A stretch of DNA of 63,568 nt, filler included, from Octopus bimaculoides (lineage: Eukaryota): assembly GCF_001194135.2 (NCBI RefSeq). It is 6 parts of 6 records of this genome, joined end to end, with 100 filler letters (N's around TTAATTAATTAA, not from the genome) between each part and the next. Parts side by side here need not be neighbours in the genome. Positions count along the whole stretch, not along the records: positions 4,955 to 21,160 come from NC_068988.1; positions 21,261 to 32,915 come from NC_068995.1; 4 more parts are not named here. One strand, written 5' to 3'. The number at the start of each line of letters is the position of its first letter. The stretch's first letter is position 1. Shown here piece by piece: positions 11,372-23,662 of this stretch. Under the pieces are notes generated by a model that was not told where the DNA came from, made no database searches, and saw only the letters and a list, made by a program, of their open reading frames with translations. The position numbers and the translations under genes were made by a program.

Positions 11372-13487
11372 CACTGGCCAACAAATTCTAACTTTTCTTC
11401 TGCTGACCTAAGTTTGAGACCTGTTTTGAGGTAATTTGGATCACTGAGTTTAAAAATGGCAATAGTTTTTTTCTATCATGTCTAGTTTTTTTCTATGAGT
11501 TTGCCCACATTGGCCCCACTCGTAGCTCCATGTTTGAAATGTTTTAATTCTGCTGACACTTTTGTTATATATGTGGATGTTTTACAGTACCAAGTCAAAG
11601 AATGAACATTTGTGACATTGTGAAAAGGTCCTACTTAGCTTACTTAAAGATTAAAGTTGGTGATCAGGATAAATCTTGGGCCCACTCAGTGTATGTAAAC
11701 CCTATGTCGAAAGTCTATGCCGATGGACAAAGGGCACAAGGAAACAACTAACATTTGGCATTCCTATGATATAGTGGGAGCCAAAGAACCATGTAAATGA
11801 TTGCTACTTTTGTCTTACAAAGACTTCTTATTATAGCAAGAGAACGTTGGCAGAAAACAAGTTACCCAAATCTGGATTCAGCAATTCATCCAGTACTTCA
11901 CTCAGAGGAAATACCAACACCTGTTTTCAAGGATCTACCTTCACTGCAAGCTGAAAGTGATATATGTGAAGTAGATATAAATCATGAACATGACAGTGAT
12001 ATAGACTTTGTAGAAACATCAACCAAAGAACGTGAAAACTTCAACCAGGCAGAATTTAATGATTTAGACCTAGGACTGTCAAAAGAGTTATCAGAACTGT
12101 TAGCTTTTAGGCATAGAGAGAAGAATTTGTTGCAGAAAGAAACAAACATGACTTTTTATCAGAACAAGGAAAAAAAATCTCTTGGTATTCTTTATAACTG
12201 GAAAATATTTTGTTTACTGTTGTGATGTGGTGGGACTGTTAAACATGATGGATGTTGAACAGAATGATCCTAGTGAATGGAGACTCTTTATAGATAGTTC
12301 AAAGAAGAGTCTAAAATGTGTATTACTCTATAATGGAAACTTGTTTGATGCACTTCCTATTGGTCAATCTGTACACTTAAAAGAAAATTATGATCACATA
12401 AAAGTTGTATTAGATTTACTTAAGTATGATGAACACAAATGGGTCATATGTGTGGATCTAAAAATGGTCAACATTTTACTTGGCCAACAAGGAGGGTATA
12501 CAAAATATTCATGTTTCCAGTGTTTATGGGATAGCCAAGCAAGAGACAAACTTTGGGAACAGAAACTCTGGCCAGTTAGGAAATGTATAACTGTTGGGGA
12601 GAAGAATATCATACACCAACCACTTGTTGAGTGAAAGAAAATCATCTTTCCACACCTTGATATTAAACTAGGACTAATGAAGTAATTTTCAAAGCTCTTA
12701 ATATGGAAGATAACTGTTTCAAATTCACATGTACAACATTTCCTGGGCTTAGTTATGATAAAATAACGGCTGGTGTTTTTGATAGGCCACAAATCAGAAA
12801 GTTAACGAAATGCCAGAATTTCTCGAGCTTGATGGCTGACATAGAAGAAAGAACATGGGATTCATTTGTGACTGTTGTGAAAGGATTTTGCAGGGAATGA
12901 AAAGGCTACAAACTACAAGGATTTGGTGAAGACATTACTTGACAGCTTTCATCTTTTAGACTACATCATGAGCATAAAGCTTCATTTCCTCAATAGCCAT
13001 CTTGATGAATTTCCTGCAAATCTTGGAGACATGAGTGATGAGCATGGTGAGTGTTTTCATCAAACAATCAAGATTATGGAGGAGAGATATTAAAGCCAAT
13101 GGAACACACACATGACGGCAGACTACTGTTGGAGTGTTCAAAGAGACTGTGTAGGCATGAAATACTCCACATGTTCTCATAAGTGAAAATTTGATCCATG
13201 AATATGAAGGTATATGTATGATGGTTTGTACTTAATCAATCATATTAGAAAATTAACAGTATGTATTTAGTAAAAGGTAATGCTATCTTACATTTCATAT
13301 TCTATTGACATTTATAACTTATGGTTTTAAGCTATAAGACTTAGTAAACTATCCTGAACAAGTAAATTATTTATACAGTACATCATAAAATAGGGGTATG
13401 CTATAGAATGAAATCCTGATGTGTTAGGAAAAAAATTTAACTAAACAATCACAAAACCGAAGTTGGCAAAAAGTATGTTGACCAGCG
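11372..13487 (+). mobile_element. Chapaev3-type (CMC) DNA transposon, near full length, decayed
   Basis: Transposase EWRLFIDSSKKSLKCVLLYNGN...VICVDLKMVNILLGQQGGYTKYSCFQCLWDS, and later HxxFLNSHLDEFPANLGDMSDEHGECFHQ. Termini CACTGGCCAACA and (rc) CGCTGGTCAACA. Stops and frameshifts present. Confidence 0.8.
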
Positions 13488-13559
13488 AATACATCATCAG
13501 TATTTAAATATGACATAAAAATGAAAAGCATAATTGACACTAGGCTGGCAATTACTCTT

Positions 13560-13798
13560 TTAATCTTTTATTTGTTTCAGTCATTTGACTGCAGCCATGC
13601 TGGAGCAATGCCTTTAATCAAACAAATTGACCCCAGAACTTATTCTTTGTAAGCCTAGTACTTATTCTATCGGTCACTTTTGCTGGACTGTGAAGTTACG
13701 GGGACATAAACACACCGGCATCAGTTGTCAAGCGATGATGGGGGCACAAACACAGACACACAAACATACACACAAACACACACACATATATACATATG

Positions 13799-13871
<73 letters not shown>

Positions 13872-14008
13872 GACGGGCTTCTTTCAGTTTCCACACACCA
13901 AATCCACTCACAAGGCTTTGGTTGGCCCGAAGCTATAGTAGAAGATACTTGCCGAAGGTGCCACGCAGTGGGACTGAACTCAGACCCATGTGGTTGGGAA
14001 GCAAGCTT
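13560..14008 (-). mobile_element. SINE family B with an internal (TA)n/(CA)n microsatellite
   Basis: Head AAGCTTGCTTCCCAACCACATGG..GTTCAGTCCCACTG, then (TA)n, then a conserved tail ending ...TGAAACAAATAAAAGAT. Related copies at 24395-24720, 30515-30840, 32350-32580, 40795-41035 and others. Confidence 0.75.
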
Positions 14009-15170
14009 CTTTATTTCATAAAAATTCGCCATACGGCGTTACATAGAGGGGACAAACAAAGACAGACAAACGAAGAAGCTACGGGCTGGACGCGGACATT
14101 AATGAATGGAGATGAATACACAAGAAAGAATGAAAATAGGAGAGGCACCAGCGCCCGCCGACTGATAACCTCTCTAAAACTTTGTTCAATACATGTCGGT
14201 TAAATTTGTAAAACAAATTATCAACACAAATGTTCTTCCTCTTTATGAGGCAACAAGCCACTTATAAATGTTCATATAATTCACTCGGGCTTTTAGCCTC
14301 CCCATATCTACAACCTCTTTTCACTAACGCCCACGCCCTCTCTAGGCACTCCTCGAGTGGCGTGTCGGCATTGCCCAGCGCCGTGAAGAATATTTGAGGT
14401 CAAAAAATTTCTTCGCTATGTCCCACGTTGTGACCTCTACAGCTATCTGCGGAGGCCACTCGGGATCCTGTATGCAGGCCATGGCCTCTCCCCTAAGACT
14501 CTTTTCTAATTCTTTTTCTACCTCCCCCTCTCTAAAGAAGAAGACTAACGTTTCTTCTTCCTTCGGAGAAGGGTAAGACATTTCCACAGTTAGCGGCACA
14601 ATTCCCACCAGCTGTGGTTCAATATTCGTTTGCACTTTTTTCTTTTTCTTTTTTCCGGTGGGAGAGGAGGAGTCCTCTGGTTTACCTGTGGGACTCAATC
14701 CCTCTTCCACCTCTACATCTCTTTGAGGTTTCGGCGGGCTATTATTAATGCCCGCCTTCCTCTTTCTACTTCTATCTGTTGGGGCTACTACCTCCTCAAT
14801 TTTTCCTTCCTGCCGAGCAGGACTACTTTCTCCAACGGGTGCTCGTTCCTGGGACACTTTAGTGTCCCGGCGGCAATCCTTCTTCAAATGGCCAGGCTCC
14901 AGACACTGGTGACATCTAGGTTGCTGACCCTCAAGTATCACTGGATACCTGCAGCCAGTCATCTTTAGGAATTCTGGAAATACAATATCTCCCACAGCTA
15001 CCAGGGTCCATAGGGTCAAAGTTGCCTTTGACCCTTTCCAGTCAACTGCGGGAGCCACATCTACATTTAGTAGCCTGGGTCCACTGTCTCCCAAGCCCCC
15101 CCCCCCCCGATGGCCTCTGTGATCCATCTAGCTTCGGTACCTGGGGAAATCCGCATACCCAGACTCTCAC
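14009..15170 (-). mobile_element. Tx1/L1-type element fragment: ORF1 (zinc knuckle) followed directly by a short 3' UTR, no ORF2
   Basis: 261-codon open frame 14342-15127 with CHQCLEPGHLKKDC (CX2CX4HX4C) and a Lys-rich linker. 3' end TGTCCCCTCTATGTA...AATAAAG. Confidence 0.7.
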
Positions 15171-15229
15171 AATAATAATAGTAAAGAAGCAGAAAAAATT
15201 AACTGAAACTCATCACATGGGGTTACACT

Positions 15230-15500
15230 ACAGCTGAACAGGAAATTGTAGTCAGTTACCACAGTTTGCAGAGCTATTGAGAGAAATTTCAGTGGACCTT
15301 TGAAGTGAAACAAGACTTGTATCAATTCTATAAAAAAGCAAGTGATGATTCACCCAACAGCTTACATGGAAAGGAGGAGGAATGACTACTTTCTAAAATA
15401 CCCTAACTACTCAACTTCAATGACAAACTATTACAACAGCAAACAACCTAAGGTGAGGAAAAAATGCTGTTATCAAAATGGCCCAGTAAATAAGAATCAA
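15230..15500 (+). mobile_element. R4/Dong-type N-terminal fragment
   Basis: KFQWTFEVKQDLYQFYKKA...YMER resembles the 'KWT..N..LY.CY..A...GYMKR' N-terminal motif; recognised from memory of the family. Confidence 0.45.
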
Positions 15501-15759
15501 ACCAAACCAGTAAATTCACCTCCACCAAGGTGTGGTCATGTTTGAAGCAGCTGTCTAAATCCATCTGAGTTTTGCACATGGCATCATCACCAAAGGCTCG
15601 CTGCATCTTCTGAGTGGTTTGAGCTTGAGTATCACCAGCTTTTGGTAAAACTTGATGCTATATCTCTGTTTGATACTTTTATATCTTTGTGTTTGGATAT
15701 ATGATTTAATGAAGCAGAGGTAAAGCAATGTATTCACACAACATACTTTGACTACTGCT

Positions 15760-18700
15760 ATGTGAGACTCTAAACACCCCCTGTCTTCTCAATGATAGCG
15801 TTACTCTTTATAAGAGTCTGACTAGTCCATCTTTTAATTACAGAGGGGTGATAGACATTAGTCTATCACCACATCTCCCCTTCTGAGATTGACTTCTGTT
15901 GAAAGTGAATACATTTTTTTCTTTTTTTACACACCACATCTCCCTTTTTGAGATTTACTTCCCTTGACGATTAATATTTTTTTTGTTTTGGAACTACCTC
16001 CAACAATTCTGTATGTTTCCATTTTCTTGTACTGGTACGCCTTGGTTCGACTATTTCTTGTAGAGTTGGCACATCAAAAATATTGGAGAGAACTTCCATG
16101 GGTACTTCTTTCCTTGTAACCTTTTCCCAGCAAACCTTTTCTGCTGATTTATTATGTGTCTTTTATGTTCCCATTTTTGTGAAGGCGCATGGCTCAGTGG
16201 TTAGAGCATCGAGCTTACGATTGTGAGGTTGTGAGTTTGAATCCCAGACCGGGCTGTGTGTTGTGTTCTTGAGGGAGACACTTTATTTCACGTTGCTCCA
16301 GTTCACTCAGCTGTAGAAATGAGTTGCGATGTCACAGGTGCCAAGCCGTATTGGCCTTCGCTTTTCCCTTGGATAACACTGGTGGTGTGGAGAGGGGAGA
16401 CCGGTATGCATGGGAAACTGCTGGTCTTCCATAAACATCATTGCCCGGACTTGTGCCTGGGAGGGCATGACCGAAGGGGGTCTCAGCATGTTCCCATTTC
16501 ATACCTTTCACCACATATGTCATTTTACCAATCCGTTTTATTGTTTCGCTGTCTTCCCAACCTTCTTTTCCACTTCTGTACACTCAGGAAAACACCTTAT
16601 CACTAGTTTTTAAATACTCGGTCATATTTTTAATGTCTTCCCTAGTTTTTATTTTCTTTCCAGGTAATAACTTGTCAAAAACTGGCATGAATTTTATTAT
16701 GTCAGCAGGTGACATGCCTGAAAGGGTATTTGGGTTTGGCACTACACAGTAAACTCTCAGGAATTGTGTCAATGCTACATCATCCACTAACGCATTTCTG
16801 GATTTCCTAAGTGCCCTTTTGAACATATCCACAAAGCATTCAACTTGTCTGTTTAATCTTCGGTGATGTGGAGAAGTAGTGATATGTTCAATTGAGAACA
16901 TCTTGCAAAAATTCTTAAATTCATTCGCCGTAAATTGTGTACCATAATCAGAGACTATGGTGTCCAGGACACCATACCTTGCAAAAAGTTTGTGCAGAAA
17001 ATCCACTGTTACCGTGAAGGTCAGTTTTCTACATTTACACATTTATGGCCATTTTGTAAAGCTATCTACCTCTATTAAATAATATGATCTGTTTAATGGT
17101 TCTGTGAAGTCTCTCTGCAGACTGGTCCATGGAATATTGGTCTTGGGCCAAGGTTGAAATTTTATAGGTAGTGATTTTGCTGCAAGAACACAACCTCTGC
17201 AGGATTTTACCAACTTCTCAATATCTAGATCCATTTTCAGCCTGTAAACATAACTTCTCATAAGTAACTTCATCCTGGAAATTCCTGGATGTCCAATGTG
17301 GAATTCCTTTAACATTCGATTTTGTAGTGAGACAGGTATTATGATACTCTGTGCATACACAAGCACATTATCACATATCGAATACAAATTCAAAACTGTG
17401 TTATTTCCAGCCACACAAATTTTTTTGTTTGTTTCTCCTGATCTCACAATTTTTTCATTTTCATGATAAACTTGTTCGTCTCTGCCTTAATTTTTATTTC
17501 CTCCAATGTGACAGGCAATTTATGCACAACATTGCACAATATATTTTTTAAATTTCATTTTCAGCTCTTAATGCCACTATCACTGTGTTTTTTAGTGGTT
17601 CACTGCATTTTGGTATTAATCTTGACAAACCATCTGCGTGTCCCAATTTTTTAGATGGCAAATACTTCAGTTTGAAGTCATAATTTAGTAGGATCGTTCC
17701 CCAACACTGCAATCTGTTGGCTTTTTTGATCCATAGACAGATAATAATGGGCGGTAGTCCATCTGCAAATGAAATCTTCTTCCATGTATAAATTTATGGA
17801 ATTTTTTTACCTCAAATATGATGGCTTCCTTCTCTATTTGACTAACTTTTCTCAGCTAGCAATAAGGAACGTGAAGCTTTCAGGTTACTATCTTCATATT
17901 TGTCTAAAATCACAACTCCAATACCACTTTCACGAGTGTCTGATGCCACTACTATTTCTAAATTCAGGTCAAAATGTGATAACAACAATTCCAATGTTAA
18001 GATGTTTTTAATTTCTTCAAAATCTTTTTGGCACTTGTCCAACCAGTCCCGCTTAACATCTTTTTTTTAATAAGTTATTCAGGGGTGCTCTTAAATCATA
18101 CATACTTGGTATGTATAACTGGTAGTAATTTGCAAGCCCCAAAAGTGCTTGTAACTTTGTAATGTTTGTTGGGGGAGGCATATTTTTTATTGCACTCGCC
18201 CTAGACTGGTCTGGTCTGTATCCATTTTCACCAATAATCTGCCAAAGATATTTTATTCTTGACATAAAAAATTCACACTTTTCCTCGCTGATCTTAAAAC
18301 CATAATCTTTTATTTTTTCAAAGACCTTTTTAATATGCTCAGCATGCTGCCCACAAGATTCACTTTTTATGAGTATGTTGTCAAGGTAAGCTATAGTGAA
18401 ATCCGAACCTGCAAGCATAGTGTCTATAACTTATTGGAAAATGCCTGGTGCTACCTTTATACCAAAAGGAAGTTGATTAAATTCATACAATCCTTTAGGG
18501 GTATTTATTGTTACTAATTTTGAACATTCCTCCTCACCTTGTACCTGCAGGTATGCTTCAGATAGGTCCAACTATGAAAAAAATTTTCATTCAATCAACT
18601 TCACGAAAATTTCTTCCGGACTTGATAACTGGTAATTATATGGCATGAAACATTTGTTTAACTCTGTTTAAAAATCAGCACATACATGGATTTTATTAGA

Positions 18701-20215
18701 TTTTTTTTTTTTTTTTTTGAGATAAACTGTTATGGACACCCATAATCAGTTTTTTTCAATACCCCAAGCTTTTCAAGTCTATTCAATTCTTTGTTGACTT
18801 GTTTCAACGCTACAAAAGGTATAATTCTTTTCGGTTTAAATACCAGTATAGCATTTTCTTTTACTTGAGATTTCACCTTTGTTTTGGAACAAAAACCTAA
18901 TTCATCAGAAAAAACTTCAGGAAAAATCTTTTTTGATTTTTAAAAAAATTCCTCCAATGCCTTATTTGTACTGGTGGAAGAACCATTTGCATTTTTACTA
19001 AAACAATTTATGGAGTGGTCCCATAAGTTAAATAATTCCATCCTGTCTATTCCAAATAAATTTGTCATATTATACAGCACAAAAACTTTGGCTTTCAAGG
19101 TTTTCCCATAAAATGTAACATCACTTATCATTTTGCTCTTAAAATGTAATTTTTTTCTTGAAACACCATGTGCAATTTTTGAAATTTCTTTTAATCTAGG
19201 TTTCCCAATTTTTCTCCAAGTATCAGTTTTAATTATCATGATATCCACTGCCCATATCCAATTGTAATTTGATATTCGCATTATTCATTTTTATGGGCAC
19301 AAATTTTCTTTTCTGAGCCTTGCTTAGAATTTTTGTTGACAATGCTTTCTTGTCAGAATTTCTTCTGTTCGACCTTTTTTTTTTGTTTCACTTTACAATG
19401 TGAGCTTTTATGTCCGATTTTTCCACACTCAAAACATTTTAGATTTTTAAAAGGACAGTTACCTTTAAAATTTAAGCCTCTGCACCCATAGCCTGGACTG
19501 AGTCATGACACTTGTTTTTCCTTTTTCTTATCCATTATGGTCAACATGCATGAATATGAGAGCAATCTTTTTTTTTCAAATTTTATCCATGTCAAGTCTT
19601 AAATTTATTATCCTCTAGCATTCTTCTGCTACTGCCTGCAGTAGCAGAAGAATGGTCATGTTCTAATTTTGTTAATATCCAGGAATGTATATCTGCATCT
19701 TTGCTTACAGTTAGCCTTTGAACAAAAATTAGACATTTGAACATGTTCAGGGTTAATTCATTTAATTTGAATTTTTCATGCCCTCTGTTAACAATCCCAG
19801 CATAGGTGACAAAAGCTTCGTTATCTTTTTTAACCTAATTTAAACACTGCCAGTGTCTATTGAACAGGGAACTTCTTTCACTGAAAATTTTTGATAAAAA
19901 GTTGTTTCATAGAAACAAATCTCACCTGGTATTGTAGAATACAATATTGTAAAATATTGTAGAATACAATTACAATATTTTTCGTGTTCGGCAGGGGATA
20001 ACTTTCTTAAAAGTACTTGCACTTCTTTCTTGTCAGTCCAATTTCTATATTCTTTGAAATTTTCTTCATATCTTTGAAAGTATGCAGAGAAAGTAATACC
20101 TTCTTCTGGGTTATAAATGAACTCTCCCATTGAATTTGCTATGCCATCTGGCATGAATGACCCTGAAGTACTTTCAAACTTCTTCAACATTAATTCCAGC
20201 AACTGTTGGTGCCTG
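15760..20215 (-). mobile_element. Decayed Ty3/Gypsy LTR retrotransposon (gag-PR-RT-RNaseH-IN) with 3' LTR start; 5' LTR absent
   Basis: gag (GIANSMGEFIYNPEEGITFSAYFQRYE), RT (IAYLDNIL, KCEFFMSRIKYL), RH (VVASDT..GIGVV), IN (EFHIGHPGISRMK..VKSCRGC; IVSDYGTQF). PPT AGAAGGGGAGA followed by TG at 15873. Confidence 0.9.
16177..16487 (+). mobile_element. tRNA-headed SINE inserted in the Gypsy pol 3' region, with 12-bp TSD
   Basis: Head GGCGCATGGCTCAGTGGTTAGAGC...GAGTTTGAATCCC. ATGTTCCCATTT at 16165-16176 and 16488-16499. Confidence 0.85.
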
Positions 20216-21024
20216 TCTTTGTCTTTACATGTTTTTGATTGATATTAGCCCTTGTGGCCAATAAAACGAATGAATTATTTCTACTGTTAGGTTTATACAT
20301 GGGACGCTATTTACTGTAGAGACAAGAATGAATGGGGGTGACCCTAAGATTTGAGTATCCTACATAACTAACTATTCTAGCTACTAATTAACCAATACAT
20401 CAGTTCATTCATCAATCAGCCAATCCTTCACCTACTCAAATGAGTAAATAAGTAAATAATTAATTGACTAATCAAACAATCGATGACTAAATCACTCCAA
20501 ACCTTGGCAAAATAGTGTTAAGTACCAGAGACCTTAGCACGTAGTAGACAGTTACCCACACATCTTCATATATACACACTCAAAATGTGCATACACACAC
20601 ATATATATAAGTGCACGTACACCTACCCACGTACACACTTACACAACCACACACACACCTGCATACATATACATATAAGTCAACCTACACATCCACATAA
20701 CTGTATTCGCACATCATTATATACATACACATGTACATGGAGGCATATGATACATACTTAATTGTCAAATAAGCACACACATACATACATACCCAGATAT
20801 TAGTGCATNNNNNNNNNNTGGAGGCATATGATACATACTTAATTGTCAAATAAGCACACACATACATACATACCCAGATATTAGTGCATACCCACCTACT
20901 ACTATATATATCTATACGTATAGATGCAAATATCTAAATATATACATCTACAAGCATATGATATACCCATAAATGATTGTAAATATATAGGTACGCATAC
21001 ACCCACATACATACATCGAGCGAG

Positions 21025-21160
21025 ATCGTTGCTAGTGCCCCTGGACTGGCTCATGTGCGGGTGACACATGAAATGCACCATTTTGGGCGTGGTCATTGCC
21101 AGTGCCCCTGGACTGGCTCTTGTGCGGGTGACACATGAAATGCACCATTTTGAGCGTGAC
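21025..21160. repeat. ~60-bp tandem units from the RTE 3' UTR
   Basis: Two copies of GCCAGTGCCCCTGGACTGGCTCWTGTGCGGGTGACACATGAAATGCACCATTTT before a gap. Confidence 0.75.
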
Positions 21161-21260
21161 NNNNNNNNNNNNNNNNNNNNNNNNNNNNNNNNNNNNNNNN
21201 NNNNTTAATTAATTAANNNNNNNNNNNNNNNNNNNNNNNNNNNNNNNNNNNNNNNNNNNN

Positions 21261-21306
<46 letters not shown>

Positions 21307-21504
21307 ATGCGTCTGTATGCATGTATATGTTTGTGTGGATTGTGTATTTGTTTATGCGTATGTATATGCATGTGTGCGCATGTACGCATGTACATATATA
21401 TATATACACATATATGTATAGATAGGTAGATAGCTAGATACATACATACATATATATATGTATATATATACGTATATATATAAACATAAATATATATGTA
21501 TGTG

Positions 21505-21549
<45 letters not shown>

Positions 21550-22021
21550 ATACATACATTAAAATGCAATTGAAAATGAGTGACACGTGTGTGTGTGTAT
21601 ATATAATATATATATATATTCATTTAACTGCGGCCATGCTGGAGCAGCACCTTGAACAGCAGCAACAACAACAACAATATATAATACATATACATATATA
21701 TACATATATACCTAAAACGAAAGATTGCCGTCTTAGACAACAATAGATAATGTATTTTGAAAAACAAGATGGGTGATCATATATGGAGCGCTTTTGATTG
21801 TGGATCTGCTTGAATATGGCTCTGTTAGGGGTTGCGGCTGTAATTTGCTGCGGTTGTCGTTCAGCTTTCTTAAAATAGCAACCAATTTCCCCTCACATTG
21901 CTTTTCATTGTTCTCAGTGCACATCAGGTGATGTATTCCTAGATGTACTGTGACTAAAGAAGAGAAGAATAAACGAGATAGTTACGACAGAGACGTCGTT
22001 CATCGTGGGGCAACTGGGAAT

Positions 22022-22063
<42 letters not shown>

Positions 22064-22065
22064 GC

Positions 22066-22105
<40 letters not shown>

Positions 22106-23419
22106 GCGTCAACAAGAATAGCGACCAATACAGCAACAGCAATAACATCAATACATGCTAATTAACATTATTTCATATTTTAATTAGTTCAAATTTCATA
22201 AATAAAAGACCTTTTCAGTTTCACAAACCAGATTCAATGTTCTTTTTAGAAGCCTTCTACGTAATTCCCCGTAGCCTATCTGTTCGACAAAAGGAGAACG
22301 ATGGAATAATTACGAACCTTNNNNNNNNNNNNNNNNNNNNNNNNNNNNNNNNNNNNNNNNNNNNNNNNNNNNNNNNNNNNNNNNNNNNNNNNNNNNNNNN
22401 NNNNNNNNNNNNNNNNNNNNNNNNNNNNNNNNNNNNNNNNNNNNNNNNNNNNNNNNNNNNNNNNNNNNNNNNNNNNNNNNNNNNNNNNNNNNNNNNNNNN
22501 NNNNNNNNNNNNNNNNNNNNNNNNNNNNNNNNNNNNNNNNNNNNNNNNNNNNNNNNNNNNNNNNNNNNNNNNNNNNNNNNNNNNNNNNNNNNNNNNNNNN
22601 NNNNNNNNNNNNNNNNNNNNNNNNNNNNNNNNNNNNNNNNNNNNNNNNNNNNNNNNNNNNNNNNNNNNNNNNNNNNNNNNNNNNNNNNNNNNNNNNNNNN
22701 NNNNNNNNNNNNNNNNNNNNNNNNNNNNNNNNNNNNNNNNNNNNNNNNNNNNNNNNNNNNNNNNNNNNNNNNNNNNNNNNNNNNNNNNNNNNNNNNNNNN
22801 NNNNNNNNNNNNNNNNNNNNNNNNNNNNNNNNNNNNNNNNNNNNNNNNNNNNNNNNNNNNNNNNNNNNNNNNNNNNNNNNNNNNNNNNNNNNNNNNNNNN
22901 NNNNNNNNNNNNNNNNNNNNNNNNNNNNNNNNNNNNNNNNNNNNNNNNNNNNNNNNNNNNNNNNNNNNNNNNNNNNNNNNNNNNNNNNNNNNNNNNNNNN
23001 NNNNNNNNNNNNNNNNNNNNNNNNNNNNNNNNNNNNNNNNNNNNNNNNNNNNNNNGGTGGTGGTGGTGGTGGTGGTGGTGGTGGTGGTGTTTAACCCAAG
23101 GTCAGCTGCGTCAAACTAGTCTCTTTTGTATATCGAAATATTCAATGTCTGGTGTATCATCCCTTAATTTATTAATAAATATTGACACGATAGGGTGTTT
23201 GATTTTGAGGGATATCTGCTTGTTATTTCTAGCAGACCGATCGACATTAAGACGCTTCCTTGTCCGCTCCTTCGTATCTCAGTCGTGTTATTTTGGTAAC
23301 GTGAGAAGACTGGTAGGAGTAGCAGAGTACTCCTACGACCGTCTCGTGTTACCCAAACAACACATACTAGGTAACTAGGCCACGGTAGAGCGCCGAACAA
23401 GAAAATGCCCCATGGTGTT

Positions 23420-23662
23420 CGCTGTCTCTTCCCCCTGGGTTAGTGTTTCTAATATTTTTATCTGCAATTTATCTCGCCTTTACTACGCCTTTACCATAAA
23501 AGTTGAAGCTCTGGAACAGTCGTGGGTAAATTGCTGCCTGCGAGACTTTCTGAATAGCAAGACTAAACGAAAAATTACTTTGAACTTTTTAGTAGTGCGG
23601 CCCGCCTGATGACGAGTCATGTTTCATGCGGCCCGCTTCCCGAAAAAAGTTGCCCGTGGCTG
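23420..23662. mobile_element. hAT-type transposon terminus
   Basis: Reverse complement of the end reads CAGCCACGGGCAAC..GCGGGCCGCATG, with repeated GCGGCCCGC subterminal motifs typical of hAT ends. Confidence 0.55.

Noticed and set aside
16184-16255. tRNA-like sequence GGCGCATGGCTCAGTGGTTAGAGC...
   Set aside because: Continues into a SINE body with a TSD and has no proper acceptor stem, so it is a SINE head rather than a tRNA gene. The same applies to 30515, 8660-8727 and 27990-28055.
22237-23094. Long ORF-track entries spanning N runs (also 29280-30212, 33890-34426, 35137-36895, 54137-54851)
   Set aside because: Open only because Ns translate as X.
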